A DNA stretch of 64,000 nt from an uncultured delta proteobacterium (GTDB taxonomy: Bacteria > Desulfobacterota > Binatia > UBA9968). How positions within the stretch are numbered: position 1 is the stretch's first letter; every line of letters starts with the position of its first letter. The stretch lies in contig CAVSHR010000012.1 of NCBI GenBank assembly GCA_963727625.1, positions 224,001 through 288,000 on the forward strand. The letters are read 5' to 3'. A model generated the notes under the pieces. The model saw only the letters and a program-made list of their open reading frames with translations. It made no database searches and had not been told where the DNA came from. Below, piece by piece: positions 11,823-25,735 of this stretch. A program made the translations under genes and the position numbers.

Positions 11823-12983
11823 CTATTTCTCCGCTGAGGGCTCGATCCGGCTTCCTTCGGCAATGCGCTCGGCGCCCTTGACCACGACGCGCTCGCCGGC
11901 GTTTAACCCGGAAAGTATTTCCACTCGACCGTCGTGCCGTTTGCCGACCTTGATGAGTCGGAATTGGATCCACCCGTCTTTGTCAGCGACGAAGACGCCG
12001 GTGAGCTGGCCGCGTTCGATCACCCCTTGGATGGGCGCGAGCAAGGTTTGTGTCTGACCGCGTGAGAAACTCGCCTTGCCGTAGACTCCCGAGCGCAGCA
12101 GGGGACGCGCCGGCAAATCGATTTTGATGGTAAAGGTGTGGCTTTGCGGATCGGCCGCCGGCACGATCTCGCCTACCTTGCCGGTCAACGCGGCGTCAAG
12201 CGAGTCGATGGCGACCGGCACTACCATGCCAAGCTTCACGTGAGCGAGCGACGATTCGCCGACCTGCACTTCCAGGCGATAGCGTCCGGCCTGCTCGACG
12301 GTCATCAACGGAGTCCCCGGTGACGCCAACACTCCCACCTCGCCGCTCTTCGCTGTCACTATCCCATCAAACGGAGACACAATCTTGGTATAACTGAGAC
12401 GTGTTTGAGCGTATGCAAGCTTTGCCTCGGCTTGTTTCTTTCTCGCTTCGAAGGCACGAAGATTTTTTTCGGCGCGCTCCAGTTCAGCATTGGCAACCTT
12501 GTATTTCGCAGTGACCTCGTCGAACTCCTGTGGGGTGACGGAACCTTTCGCGACGAGGGGCTCATAGCGCTTGAACGTCGCGGCGGCTAACTCCTTTTGT
12601 CCGCGCGCCGAAGCCACCGCTGACTCGGCGGCGCCGATAGCCGAATGGGCTTCCTCCAACGCCGCCTGCGCGCCTTGAAGTTCGGCGCGAAGGTCGCGAT
12701 CGTCGATCTCGATCAGTCTTTGCCCTTTCCTGACCCGATCGCCCTCCTGCGCCATCACCGAGACGATGGTTCCAACGGTTTTGCTTGAAAGCACCGTGCT
12801 CATTCCCGCCTTAACGGTTCCCACCGCTTCAAATGAATCTTCCACCGTCTCCGGCCGAACCCATGCGACTTGGACGTCCCTAACGATCGGTTGTTCGGCC
12901 GTCTCTTTGGAAACTTTCTCCTCCCTGGAGCATGTCCAGAGAAATATTAAGAATAAAACCAAGATGGCTCTGCCGTGCTTCAC
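11823..12983 (-). CDS. RND efflux membrane fusion (periplasmic adaptor) protein
   Basis: EGDRVRKGQ lipoyl-like half, coiled coil, [20 protein letters not shown]. Confidence 0.92.
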   Translation of the reverse strand: MKHGRAILVLFLIFLWTCSREEKVSKETAEQPIVRDVQVAWVRPETVEDSFEAVGTVKAGMSTVLSSKTVGTIVSVMAQEGDRVRKGQRLIEIDDRDLRAELQGAQAALEEAHSAIGAAESAVASARGQKELAAATFKRYEPLVAKGSVTPQEFDEVTAKYKVANAELERAEKNLRAFEARKKQAEAKLAYAQTRLSYTKIVSPFDGIVTAKSGEVGVLASPGTPLMTVEQAGRYRLEVQVGESSLAHVKLGMVVPVAIDSLDAALTGKVGEIVPAADPQSHTFTIKIDLPARPLLRSGVYGKASFSRGQTQTLLAPIQGVIERGQLTGVFVADKDGWIQFRLIKVGKRHDGRVEILSGLNAGERVVVKGAERIAEGSRIEPSAEK

Positions 12984-14320
12984 GGGCGTTCCCCCGTTGC
13001 CAGTTTCAGACGGGCGCGGAAGATCTGACTGCGCACCTGGGCCAGGAGCAGGTCCTGTTCGGCTTTTTTCAGCGCCGTCTCTCCATCCAACACATCCACG
13101 TTGCGAACTAATCCCGCCGTGTAACGATCCGCTGTCATGCGCAAAGCTTCCTGGGCTTGGACGACGTTTTCCCGCGCGACGGCGACCTGCCGGCGCGAAG
13201 TGACCAGGCCCAAGTAAGCCGTCTCAACTTCCAAATCCGCCCCTCGCAAGAGATCTTCATGCAGCAGCTTCGCGCGTTTGTGAAGCGCCTCTGTTTCGAC
13301 CACCTTCTCCTGTGTGGTGAATCCGTTGAAGAGGTTCCAGCGCGCGTTCACGAAAACCGCAAAGCTTTCCCCGCTGCGGCTAAACTTCCGGGTATTGCTT
13401 TCAATTTGGGTGACAAGACCCAACGAAGGGTAATAAGCCGCCCGCGCGGCTTGAATACTTGCCTGCGATCTTTCGACTTCTTTCAGTGCCGCCTTAAGAT
13501 CGGGGCGCTGTTCCTTCGCGCGGATTTTCAGAGAACCCAAATCCTCCAGGGGCGTATTGTCCACCTTTACAGGGTCGATCAAACCGAATTGTCCTGCATC
13601 AACGCCGAGCGCCTGCCGCAGGCGCGAATGATTGATAATCACCAAATTTTCGGCTTCCATCCGCTCCCGTTCCAGACCTCCCATCAGAACCTGAGTGCGA
13701 AGATAATCGGCGCGCACGGCTAAGCCTTTCTCGTACAAGTCCTTGCTTCGTTTCAATTGAGCGCGCGCGGACTCGAGGGCCTTATCCACAACTTTCGCGT
13801 TCCCGTCGGCCAAGAGAACCTGGTAATAGGCTTCGATGACTCCTACCACGACCTCCTGTTCGGTTCGTTTGGTGCTCTCGCGGGACGCCTCTGCCGAGGC
13901 TTTGGCCTGGCCAAGGTTCGCCGACAATTTTCCTCCCGTGTAGAGCGGTTGCTCCAAGCGGATCTGGCTGCTCAAGTTTGTGAGTGGAGTCGGCTGATTG
14001 AGCGAGCTCACAGCGAAATTAGTCTGCTTGAAGCTTGCCTGATCCAGCAGATTGGAAAAAACCAGCGTCGGTTTGTCGGAGTATGTGAACCCCTCGATAA
14101 CATCGAGCCGCGGGAAAAATGCCCCGCGCGCCTGACCGACGCCGCTCAAGGCTGCCTCGGTTCCTTGACGTGCCGCTTGAAGCTGCCGATTGTTTTTCAC
14201 GGCGAGCTGAATGGCATCGCTGAGAGTGATCGGCGTAACCTTTTGGGCATAAACCACAGGAACCCAGGCAATCGAGAGGAAAAGCATAATGATCCCTTGC
14301 ACCTTTACGAGAAACTTCAT
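12980..14320 (-). CDS. TolC-family outer membrane efflux protein
   Basis: Signal peptide, ITLSDAIQLA, QPLYTGG, WNLFNGF; overlaps the MFP start. Confidence 0.92.
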   Translation of the reverse strand: MKFLVKVQGIIMLFLSIAWVPVVYAQKVTPITLSDAIQLAVKNNRQLQAARQGTEAALSGVGQARGAFFPRLDVIEGFTYSDKPTLVFSNLLDQASFKQTNFAVSSLNQPTPLTNLSSQIRLEQPLYTGGKLSANLGQAKASAEASRESTKRTEQEVVVGVIEAYYQVLLADGNAKVVDKALESARAQLKRSKDLYEKGLAVRADYLRTQVLMGGLERERMEAENLVIINHSRLRQALGVDAGQFGLIDPVKVDNTPLEDLGSLKIRAKEQRPDLKAALKEVERSQASIQAARAAYYPSLGLVTQIESNTRKFSRSGESFAVFVNARWNLFNGFTTQEKVVETEALHKRAKLLHEDLLRGADLEVETAYLGLVTSRRQVAVARENVVQAQEALRMTADRYTAGLVRNVDVLDGETALKKAEQDLLLAQVRSQIFRARLKLATGERP

Positions 14321-14390
14321 ACCGGCCTCCTAACCCGTGCTGTTGAACTCACCAGCCCAAGCTCCACAAAGCGATCGTCGTGAAAACGAA

Positions 14391-16079
14391 TCAGAAATAT
14401 GCCTTCAACACATACTGCTGCAGCATCCGATGAGTATTGAAGAATGAACCGTTGAGTGCGATCGCGTGGCGCATCACGTCGAGATAATCGTCGCGGTTAT
14501 GGTAAAAGAGCGGCATGACGATCCGTTCGAGTTTCTCGTACAGCGAAGCGGCATCGTTGCCGCGATCTGCGCTTACGCCTGCGGTCCCGTCCGGCGGGCC
14601 GATCGACCAACCGGTAACCCCTTCGATACAGCCTTCGATCCACCAGCCGTCGAGCACACTAAAGCTAGGCACGCCGTTGATCGCCGCCTTCATGCCGCTG
14701 GTGCCGGAGGCTTCCATCGGCGGCAGCGGCGTATTGAGCCAGACATCGACGCCCGCAGTCATGATCTTGCCGATCTCCATGCTGTAGTTTTGCAAGTAGG
14801 CAATTTTAATCTTGTCGTGCAGCCGCTCGCGGGCGCGAAAGACCTTTTGAATCTGTTCCTTGCCGGCTCCATCCTGGGGATGGGCCTTGCCGGCGTAAAC
14901 GATCTGCAAACCGCTGCCCTGGGCGGCGATTGCTTTGAGCCGCTCGATATCGGTGAATAGGAGATCTGCCCGCTTGTAGGTCGCCGCTCGGCGCGCGAAG
15001 CCGATGGTAAAAATGTCCGTCTCCATGCCGACGTTGGTTTCGCGATTGACGTAATGCAGCAAGGCTTTTTTCGCCTCTTGGTGGGCCTGCCAGATTTCCT
15101 GTTTGGGAATGCTGAGCGCGTAGCGCAGGCTGCAGTTATCCTGGTGCCAGCCGGAAATATAGCGGTCGTAAAGCTGCGCCATCGGCGCCGCGGCCCAAGT
15201 CAAGGCGTGAACGCCATTGGTGATGGCGTCGATGGTGTAACCGGCGAACAAGAGTCTCGATATTTCTCCGTGCCTTTTAGCCACGCCATTGACGTAATGG
15301 CTCAGATTGAGAGCCAAAAATGTCATGTCCAAGCGATCGCCGCAGTAAAAGGCATTGCGTACCTCGTCAACCTCAGGCCGGCCGAGAATTTGATCTGCTA
15401 GCTCCTTAGGAAAGGAATCCTGCCCCGCGGGGACCGGCGTATGGGTTGTGAAGATGCATTTCTTTCTCACCGCTTGCACGTCATCGTGGGTGAAAGATTG
15501 TCTGCCGTCACGCCGAGCCTCCTCATCCAAGAGCTCCAGCGCGAGTAGACTTGAGTGTCCTTCGTTCATGTGGAACCGTTCTATCTCTTTAAGACCCATG
15601 GCGCGCAGCATCCTCACCCCACCGATTCCGAGAATGACTTCCTGGCACAACCGGTAATGCTGATCGCCGCCGTAGAGATAGTGGGTCAGGGTTCTGTCCC
15701 ACTCGGAATTTTCCGGTAAGTCGGCGTCAAGAAAATAGACCGGCACGGAGAAATCTCCCGGCCCGGCGACGTCGTATTTCCAGGCGTGGAGGGCAACCGT
15801 GCGGCCCTCGATGGTCACGGAGACCCGCTCAGGCAATTCCGTGAGAAAGTCATCCACTGCCCAGTCCACCGGCTCTTCAATCTGCCGCCCAGCGCTGTCG
15901 ATACGCTGGTAAAAGTAGCCTTTGCGATCGAGCAGCGTCACCGCCACCATCGGCACTCGGAGGTCGGCGGCGGCGCGAATCGTATCTCCGGCCAGCACGC
16001 CGAGCCCGCCGCTGTAAGTCGGCAAATCAGACACTAATCCAATTTCCATGGAAAAATAGGCGATGGCTCGCTGGTTCAT
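14391..16079 (-). CDS. glgP: alpha-glucan (glycogen) phosphorylase
   Basis: [47 protein letters not shown] (PLP lysine). Confidence 0.95.
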   Translation of the reverse strand: MNQRAIAYFSMEIGLVSDLPTYSGGLGVLAGDTIRAAADLRVPMVAVTLLDRKGYFYQRIDSAGRQIEEPVDWAVDDFLTELPERVSVTIEGRTVALHAWKYDVAGPGDFSVPVYFLDADLPENSEWDRTLTHYLYGGDQHYRLCQEVILGIGGVRMLRAMGLKEIERFHMNEGHSSLLALELLDEEARRDGRQSFTHDDVQAVRKKCIFTTHTPVPAGQDSFPKELADQILGRPEVDEVRNAFYCGDRLDMTFLALNLSHYVNGVAKRHGEISRLLFAGYTIDAITNGVHALTWAAAPMAQLYDRYISGWHQDNCSLRYALSIPKQEIWQAHQEAKKALLHYVNRETNVGMETDIFTIGFARRAATYKRADLLFTDIERLKAIAAQGSGLQIVYAGKAHPQDGAGKEQIQKVFRARERLHDKIKIAYLQNYSMEIGKIMTAGVDVWLNTPLPPMEASGTSGMKAAINGVPSFSVLDGWWIEGCIEGVTGWSIGPPDGTAGVSADRGNDAASLYEKLERIVMPLFYHNRDDYLDVMRHAIALNGSFFNTHRMLQQYVLKAYF

Positions 16080-16158
16080 GCAGGAGACGACCTCACGCTT
16101 TCCTGAATCATTCTTACTACGAACCGAGATCAACCTGCCGGCCGCAAGAACTTAAAAC

Positions 16159-16173
16159 GCACAGTTTGTGCCA
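16159..16173 (-). promoter_or_regulatory. sigma54 promoter candidate for the glgP-RND operon
   Basis: TGGCAC-AAACT-GTGC (GG-N10-GC). Confidence 0.5.
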
Positions 16174-16395
16174 CAAGATATTATTAAGAATGCGCCTGAT
16201 TTCTTGCGGAAGTGAGAATTTTAGATCGGTGCATTCCCAGCCATGGGAAGCAGTTAGGGAACAATTGCCAAATCAGCAGAGAACTCTCGCCGCAAGCTGT
16301 AAAAACTGCGGAGGGGCGTGGGGCATGTATATTGCTCACTTAACCGCTGAAACTCAGTCAGACGGTTGGCACAACTAAATCGGAACCGGATCGTG

Positions 16396-17763
16396 ATGGA
16401 AGGCGAGAAGGGCAAAAGTGCGGCGCCAGAGCGAGTGCTCATTATCGGCGCCGCAGGACGGGATTTTCACACGTTTAACGTTTGCTTGCGGGACAACGCC
16501 GACCATCGAGTCGTGGCCTTTACCGCCGCACAAATCCCCGGCATCGAAACGCGACGCTACCCGGCGTCCTTGAGCGGACCGCTCTACCCCGAAGGTATCC
16601 CGATCTATCCCGAGCAAGATTTGGCAAAGCTGATTCGCGAGCAGCATGTCCAACAGGTGATCCTCGCGTACAGCGATCTTGCCCATGTCGCGGTCATGCA
16701 TCTCGCCTCGCGCGCCTTGGCCTGCGGCGCCGACTTTCGCATGATCGGTCCGGATCGGAGCTCGCTACCATCGTTACGACCGGTCATTTCCGTCTGCGCC
16801 GTGCGCACCGGCTGCGGCAAAAACTCCGTGGTCCGGCGCATCGCGACGCTGTTGAAAGAGCGGAGATTGCGGCCGGTGGTCGTGCGCCACCCTATGCCTT
16901 ATGGCGATCTGGCCGCTCAAGCGGTGCAGCGCTTCGCGACGGTGGAAGATTGCGACCGCGCCCACTGCACCATCGAAGAACGCGAGGAATACGAACAGCA
17001 TATCCGCAACGGCGTCGTGGTATACGCCGGCGTCGATTACGCGCGCATCCTCGCCGAAGTGGAAAAGGAAGCCGACATCATTTTATGGGACGGCGGCAAC
17101 AACGACTGGCCGTTTTACCGCTCTGATCTGGAGATCGTTTTGCTCGACCCGCACCGCGCCGGCCATGAGTTGCTCTACCATCCCGGCGAGACCAATTTTC
17201 GCCGAGCCCGGGTGCTGATCGTCAATAAAATGGATTCTGCGCCCGTGGCCGCGATCCAAGAGGTCATGAACAACATCGCGGCTGTCAATCCCAGTGCAAC
17301 GGTGATTCAGGCTAACTCGAACGTCAGCGTCGACAAGCCCGAATTGATTCGTGGCAAGCGCGTCTTGCTGATCGAAGACGGGCCAACCCTCACCCACGGC
17401 GAGATGGCTTATGGCTCTGGCGCGGTCGCGGCGCGCAATTACGGCGCCGCCGAGATTGTCGATCCGAAGCCGTTCGCGCGCGGCAGCTTGCTCGATGCCT
17501 TCAAACATTTTCCCTGGGTCGGCAGGGCTTTGCCGGCGATGGGTTATTCCGCGTCGCAACTGGACGATCTCGCGGCCACCATCGCGGCGGTCGACTGCGA
17601 CACCGTCGTGATTGCGACGCCGGTGGACCTTGCCCGCCTGATCGCCCTGGCCAAGCCCTGCTGCCGCGTGAGCTACGACCTGGAAGAAATGCATCATCCC
17701 GATCTCGCCGACATCGTCGCGACTTTTCTCGACACCCACGCCGAGCGCATTCGGCGCCGTTAA
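16396..17763 (+). CDS. COG2403 P-loop NTPase, cyclic 2,3-diphosphoglycerate synthetase / arginine synthetase (ArcE)-like
   Basis: GAAGRDFH, RTGCGK, RHPMPYGDL, TIEEREEYE, WDGGNND, EDGPTLTHG, LPAMGY. Confidence 0.8.
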   Translation: MEGEKGKSAAPERVLIIGAAGRDFHTFNVCLRDNADHRVVAFTAAQIPGIETRRYPASLSGPLYPEGIPIYPEQDLAKLIREQHVQQVILAYSDLAHVAVMHLASRALACGADFRMIGPDRSSLPSLRPVISVCAVRTGCGKNSVVRRIATLLKERRLRPVVVRHPMPYGDLAAQAVQRFATVEDCDRAHCTIEEREEYEQHIRNGVVVYAGVDYARILAEVEKEADIILWDGGNNDWPFYRSDLEIVLLDPHRAGHELLYHPGETNFRRARVLIVNKMDSAPVAAIQEVMNNIAAVNPSATVIQANSNVSVDKPELIRGKRVLLIEDGPTLTHGEMAYGSGAVAARNYGAAEIVDPKPFARGSLLDAFKHFPWVGRALPAMGYSASQLDDLAATIAAVDCDTVVIATPVDLARLIALAKPCCRVSYDLEEMHHPDLADIVATFLDTHAERIRRR

Positions 17764-17766
17764 ACC

Positions 17767-20319
<2,553 letters not shown>

Positions 20320-20431
20320 GGTAGAAGCGCGGTTATTGGCGAGGCCAATCGATGACTCCGGACGCGGCAACCCGGCAGCGGCTCCGGCAAATCGAAATTG
20401 GCTTTATTTGCGGGCAATCGTCGCGATTTTG

Positions 20432-20929
20432 TCACAACGCGGAGTCGTAGCCCGCTCGCGCCAGCGCCCGGCGGGTGGCGTCCATCACAAACGGACTATC
20501 GACGTGCGGCACGACCCTTACATCCGCTGCGGCGCGCAATTGCTGCAAAATCTGCTCGGCGTCGGCTCCCGCCAATTCCTCGCATTGATCATACATACCA
20601 CCCGGATCTTCTTCGAGCGGATTGTGGAGCGTGAGAATTGCCCGAATCGCCGCGACCACCCGCACGGTCGGCGAAGGCACCAGCAAGGCGGCCGGCGCAC
20701 CGTGATCCAGTCGCAGCTTCGCTGCCACAGAAAGCGGTTCGCCACCACGCCGTTTTTGCGACGCAGGCAGGAGGATCTTTTCTTCCATCCCGATGTGCTT
20801 GAGTTAACCCGCGCGGAATTCGACGTAGGCCGAAAGGTTGATGGCCGGTGGATTGGCAACAGCGCGCTGGAGAAGAGCATCCAAGCGCGCGTGGTCGTCA
20901 GTGAGAAAACGATGAATATCTCCGGGCAT
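20432..20929 (-). pseudogene. hemerythrin/HHE-domain protein with nonsense codon (paralog of 28487-28984)
   Basis: MPGDIHRFLTDDHARLD...FRAG*LKHIGMEEK; in-frame TAA at 20804-20806 where the paralog has Leu. Confidence 0.8.
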
Positions 20930-20980
20930 GACAGCGTCCTTTAGATGAGTCACCGCGGAAGAGCGAAAACATCGGTCCTG

Positions 20981-23284
20981 TTATGATTTACGGACTAGAG
21001 ATTGTCTCATTGACAGGTAGGTCCAACCGCTGGCAACAACCGCGGGAATTACCCCCGCAATGATGAAAATGACATCGGCCGGCAGCCGGGCCCACTCGAT
21101 GTAACGCACGATTCTTTCGTTCAGGAACGCTGGGCTCCTGGCATGCCAGTAGCCGTGGTTCAAGACATCGGCGAGCTGAAGCACGCCAGCTGGGAAGAGA
21201 TTGCTCACGACCATCAGCGCCAAGCCAATATTGAGTCCCCAAAAAGAAATTCGGAGAAATTTTTCCGGCGTCTCCCACTGAACATCGGTTAATACCTGGC
21301 GCAAAGCGAAAACCAGAAGCGCCATTGCAAGCATGCCGAAGACTCCCATCATGGCGGCGTGGCCGTGATTGGGCGTCAGGATCGTGCCGACTTCAAAGTA
21401 ACTGACGATCGGAAGATTGATGAGAAAGCCGAACACGCCGGCGCCGACGAAATTCCAAAACCCGACGGCCATGAGAAAATAAAAGGTCCACTTGTGCGGC
21501 ACCGAAATGGTTTTGTTGCACACATCGCATTTGCCTCGGCTCAGTTTTACAAAATCCCAGGCGTCGAGCGTCAGCAGCGTCAGCGGCACGACCTCCAAGG
21601 CCGAAAACATCGCCGCAAGGGCCATCGTGATATGGGATTGTCCGGTCCAGTACCAGTGGTGTCCGGTGCCGACGATACCGCTGCCCAGGTAAAGAATCGC
21701 GTCGAGGTACACCACCCGCGCTGCCGTGACATGGGAGACGATGCCGAGCTGATAAAAAATGACCGCGACCATCACGGTAGCGAACAGCTCAAAGAAGCCC
21801 TCGACCCAAAGATGGATGATCCAGAAGCGCCACATATCAACCACGGAGAAGTGGCTGGTGCTGTCGAAGAACATGGCTGGGAGATAGAATAAAGGAATGG
21901 CCAAGGCGGCGTATAAAAAAAGCGAAGCGATCTCGCGCCGCTCCGCATGGTTCCTCGACGGCGCAATGCCTCTAAACAACAAGATGAGCCAGAAGATTAG
22001 TCCTAGAGCGAGCAAAATCTGCCAAGCGCGACCGAGCTCCAAATACTCCCATCCTTGGTCGCCGAACCAGAACCATAGCCGTCCCAATAACTGGTTCACA
22101 CCGAGCATCTCGCCGAGCAGACTGCCGGCGACGACGACGATTAGGGCGATAAACAGGAGATTGACGCCTATGACTTGGCCGGCTGGATCCTTTTCGCCGA
22201 GAGAGGGCGCGAGGAACAATCCGCCGGCGATATAAGCGGTAGCGATCCAGAAGATCGCCAACTGAAGGTGCCATGTTCGGACCAGATGGCTGGGAAACCA
22301 TGCGGATAAATCGACGCCATAAAATCCACCGGGCTCGGCGCGATAGTGAGCCGTAGCGCCGCCGACAACAACCTGCGCAAAAAACAGCAAGGCAACGACG
22401 AGAAAATACTTAATCACCGCCTTCTGACTCGCCGTCGTCGTTCCCGGTAACATTTGCGGATGGATATGCTCACCTTTGCCCTTCCAGCCGAGGTAATCGA
22501 ATTTTCCAAACGCGAATAACACCGCGGCGATGCCGGCGAGCAAGGCGATGAGACTCAGCGCGCTCCAAAGCAGCGCGTCGCCTGTCGGCGAATTGCCTGC
22601 CATCGGATCGTACGGAAAGTTGTTCGTGTACGAGTAGGATTTGCCGGGGCGATTGGCGACGGATGCCCACGCGGTCCAGGCAAAAAAAGCCGTAAGCTGC
22701 TTGATCTCATTGGGGTCTCGGATATACCTTGCGGGCAAACCGCCATTCTTGCTGGGCTCAAAAAAATAAGAAGTCCATTTTTCGATCTGTCGCCGGTAAG
22801 AGAGAGTTTCCGGTTCGCTAAAACCCAAGGACCGGGACTCGATATCGTACCTGTTCTGTTTCAAAAGCTGCTGCGCTTCCGCGCTCACAGCGCTTTGCTC
22901 CACCGCGGAAAGCCGTGTAAAGGGGCCGCCGTATTTTTGTTCCGCAATCATGGCACCGGTATCGAGAGCAAGCTCGTGCAAATAGGCGGCGGAAAAGTCG
23001 GGTCCTAGATAGGCCCCATGGCCCCAGATGGTGCCGTTATCCATCAGGCCGTATTTCAAAAACACGCTCTGTCCTGCCTGGATATCTTCCCGAGTGATTA
23101 CAGTGTCACCGCCAGGGCTAACAATCTTTTCTGGAATGGGAGGGGCGTCCTTGTATGTCCGCACCGAGAGCCAGATCAAAATCGTGAAGCCAAACAGCAA
23201 TGTGAGAATAACGGTATGGCGCCACCAGGGTGAAAGTTTTTCTAAAGATTCGCTTGTCGCCACGTGAACAGCTCCTGTTACCAC
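20981..23284 (-). CDS. norB: quinol-dependent nitric oxide reductase (qNor)
   Basis: GHGAYLGPDF, YTNNFPYDP, HLWVEGFFELF, GTGHHWY, HGHAAMMGVFG; 767 aa single subunit. Confidence 0.95.
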   Translation of the reverse strand: MVTGAVHVATSESLEKLSPWWRHTVILTLLFGFTILIWLSVRTYKDAPPIPEKIVSPGGDTVITREDIQAGQSVFLKYGLMDNGTIWGHGAYLGPDFSAAYLHELALDTGAMIAEQKYGGPFTRLSAVEQSAVSAEAQQLLKQNRYDIESRSLGFSEPETLSYRRQIEKWTSYFFEPSKNGGLPARYIRDPNEIKQLTAFFAWTAWASVANRPGKSYSYTNNFPYDPMAGNSPTGDALLWSALSLIALLAGIAAVLFAFGKFDYLGWKGKGEHIHPQMLPGTTTASQKAVIKYFLVVALLFFAQVVVGGATAHYRAEPGGFYGVDLSAWFPSHLVRTWHLQLAIFWIATAYIAGGLFLAPSLGEKDPAGQVIGVNLLFIALIVVVAGSLLGEMLGVNQLLGRLWFWFGDQGWEYLELGRAWQILLALGLIFWLILLFRGIAPSRNHAERREIASLFLYAALAIPLFYLPAMFFDSTSHFSVVDMWRFWIIHLWVEGFFELFATVMVAVIFYQLGIVSHVTAARVVYLDAILYLGSGIVGTGHHWYWTGQSHITMALAAMFSALEVVPLTLLTLDAWDFVKLSRGKCDVCNKTISVPHKWTFYFLMAVGFWNFVGAGVFGFLINLPIVSYFEVGTILTPNHGHAAMMGVFGMLAMALLVFALRQVLTDVQWETPEKFLRISFWGLNIGLALMVVSNLFPAGVLQLADVLNHGYWHARSPAFLNERIVRYIEWARLPADVIFIIAGVIPAVVASGWTYLSMRQSLVRKS

Positions 23285-23305
23285 AAAGAGAACATTTGCA
23301 AGACC

Positions 23306-23679
23306 TTATAGCACAGCCCCCAGCCGTTTCTCCAAATACTGCTTTAGCGCGACAGCGTTGTTGTGTTCAACGTCCCGGGCGGCAAAAAGGAGGGTGACGT
23401 TGCCCTTGCGCGCCGCTTCCAGGATTGGCTGCCAGGTTTCCGGTTTGGCATCGAGCTCAGCAAAATAACGCTGTCGAAACACTTTCCATTTGCGGGCATC
23501 GTGGGCAAACCAACGGCGCAAGGCGTCGCTCGGGGCCACCTCTTTGAGCCAGCCCTGCAATCGCAGGTATTCCTTCTTAACTCCACGCGGCCAAAGCCGA
23601 TGTACCAGAAAGCAGGCGCCGTCCCCGTTTCGTACGGTTCGTAAACGCGTTTCACTCGAATCACTGTTGGACTCGCCAT
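23306..23679 (-). pseudogene. DUF488/YeaO-family protein, frameshifted
   Basis: IRVKRVYEP in one frame, WLKEVAPSDALRRWFAHD..HNNAVALK in another. Confidence 0.78.
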
Positions 23680-23712
23680 TCCCAGGCGTTCCTCACGCCG
23701 GCTCAGAGGCTG

Positions 23713-24105
23713 TTAGGTTAATTTCATTGCACTGAATTTTAGCTTTAGATATTCGCCGATCAACAGCGCAGCGGGATAAAGGACTTTCTCTTCCGTTTTT
23801 GCGTGCATCATCAGTTTTTCGGCAAAGTGGGCATGTTCCGGTTTCTTTTCTCTTTTTGCTGCCGCAACCAGTTTTCTAAGCGCAGCCACGACGGCTTTAT
23901 GCTCGCGCAACATTTTCGGCAGTTCTTTTTGCAGCCGGTCGGTCATAGCAAGAACAGCGCGCATCGACCGGTCGACTTTGCCCCGAGCCAATGTAGATAA
24001 CAGGCCGATGGGCGGCAGGGCAAATTCCTCTTCTTTCACGAAATGAGCGTGGAGAACTTTTGCCACGGCTTTTGCCGCTGCTGCCGTCTTGCCGCCCGCT
24101 TTTTT
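23713..24105 (-). pseudogene. hemerythrin-like protein, 5'-truncated
   Basis: AGGKTAAAAKAVAKVLHAHFVKEEEFALPP..EH..HAKTEEKVLYP; in-frame stop upstream and no first His helix. Confidence 0.65.
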
Positions 24106-24185
24106 TCCGGATAAGTTGCCTGAGCAGATAAGCCGCAGAAAAATTTGGGTCCGAGATACGCGCCGCGCTTGTTTCGACTATCCCA

Positions 24186-25094
24186 TCATCTCCATAAAAG
24201 CAGTCCGACCCCGGAACCCAAACTGTAGAGTACAAAGGAAAGTAGAGTCATCGCCTGCCCCGGAACCACCCGTGCGGTGATTTCGCCATCTCGGAGCAGA
24301 ATTCTGCCGGCAACAGCTGCCGGAATCATAAACAGCGCGCCCAGCCAGACTGCCACGGGAATTCCTGCCAGAGGCAACATCGTGAGACCGACCGCCGCTG
24401 CCGTCAACATCGCCACGAACACCCGCGCTGCCTTGGGACGCCCCAGCCGCACCACTAAATTGAGTCTTCCCGAGGCCGAGTCGGCGCGGTAATCGGGAAA
24501 CTCATTGATCCAGAGAAAAGCTACGATCAGGAGGCCCAGCAGGCTGGATACCAGGAACACCTCCAGCGTCACGGTGCCGCGCTGGACGAGGTAGGTGCCG
24601 GCGGTGATCAGCGGACCATAACAGATGCCGACGGCTAACTCTCCAAACCCACGATAGGAGAGCTTGAAGGGGGGCGCTTGGTAGAAATAGGCAAGGGCCA
24701 CTCCCGCGAGCCCAAGCCAGAGAATCTGTGGCTCTCGATAGATGACGATGAACAGTCCCCCCGCGATGCCGAAAGCATAGCCCGCCGTGGCAATTCCTGT
24801 CGTCTGGCGCCGGGTCAAAAGACCATCAATGAGCACTCGTTTCCCGCCGGAGAACGGGCTCCGGTCCTCGGGTGCCACAGCCTGGTCGGTTCCGGAGTCA
24901 AAATCGACAATTTCACCGGAGGCGTTCTTGGCCACCTCGATAAAAAAAATTCCCAAAACCGTGAGGGCCAACCATGGCCACGAGAGAAGTCCATCCCGCG
25001 CCGCCACGCAGGCGCCGAGAAACATCGCCGCGAAGGATGCCAATGAAATTTTTGGATCAGCGAGTCGCCAGAGACCTAAGCAGAAATTTTTCAT
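24186..25094 (-). CDS. UbiA-superfamily prenyltransferase (MenA-like)
   Basis: NASGEIVDFDSGTD, PFSGG, PPFKLSYRGFGE, INEFPDYRAD; multiple TM helices. Confidence 0.85.
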   Translation of the reverse strand: MKNFCLGLWRLADPKISLASFAAMFLGACVAARDGLLSWPWLALTVLGIFFIEVAKNASGEIVDFDSGTDQAVAPEDRSPFSGGKRVLIDGLLTRRQTTGIATAGYAFGIAGGLFIVIYREPQILWLGLAGVALAYFYQAPPFKLSYRGFGELAVGICYGPLITAGTYLVQRGTVTLEVFLVSSLLGLLIVAFLWINEFPDYRADSASGRLNLVVRLGRPKAARVFVAMLTAAAVGLTMLPLAGIPVAVWLGALFMIPAAVAGRILLRDGEITARVVPGQAMTLLSFVLYSLGSGVGLLLWR

Positions 25095-25285
25095 TTTTCC
25101 GCGGCTTTTTCCCGCTCTCCTTTGACCGTTCATGAACCCGATCATTCATACCTCGGAGGTAAAGATTGCGGTCTGTTTAAGTACCGGAATTATGAACTTA
25201 TGACTGATCGATCTGCTAAAACGCTTAGAGAGATAAGCCAAAAATCGTTTCCGGTGTCCCGCCGCGGCGAAGAACGAGATGACGT

Positions 25286-25621
25286 TTATGATCGCTTTTT
25301 TTTGGCTCGTTGCGATCCTAAAACATCGTCGATCCAACTCAGCGCTGCCATCGTAGATGGGAAGCCTAAAGTGGTCAGTCCAAGTAGAGCCACGTGGCGA
25401 ATCTCCGCGGCCGTAGCGCCATCCTCAAGAGCTCGGCGCACATGAGCGTGAACAGCGCCTTCCATGCGCGCTCCCATCGCCATCGCCAATTTTACCAACG
25501 CACGGCTCTTCTTATCTAACGGGCCAGCTGCATGCGCCAACCCGCCGAGCCGATCGTAAACTTTCCAAAGGTCCGGATGAGCGCGCTTAAAAAGTTCATA
25601 GGGTCTTGGTAGCTTCGCCAT
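25286..25621 (-). CDS. carboxymuconolactone decarboxylase (CMD/AhpD-like) family protein
   Basis: GPLDKKSRALVKLAMA..EGAVHAHVRRAL..TTLGFP. Confidence 0.85.
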   Translation of the reverse strand: MAKLPRPYELFKRAHPDLWKVYDRLGGLAHAAGPLDKKSRALVKLAMAMGARMEGAVHAHVRRALEDGATAAEIRHVALLGLTTLGFPSTMAALSWIDDVLGSQRAKKKRS

Positions 25622-25735
25622 GGTTTAGTCTCCTCTTCATTATTCGCTGTCGGTATATCGCAATCCACCCGGCGAACGCAAAAAAAGCTCCCCCAATTCC
25701 CGCCGCGTGCCAAACAGCGGGAGGATCTCGACTGT

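Noticed and set aside
20804-20806. In-frame stop in the hemerythrin copy as possible recoding
   Set aside because: It is TAA at a Leu position, so it fits a nonsense mutation or error, not Sec/Pyl.
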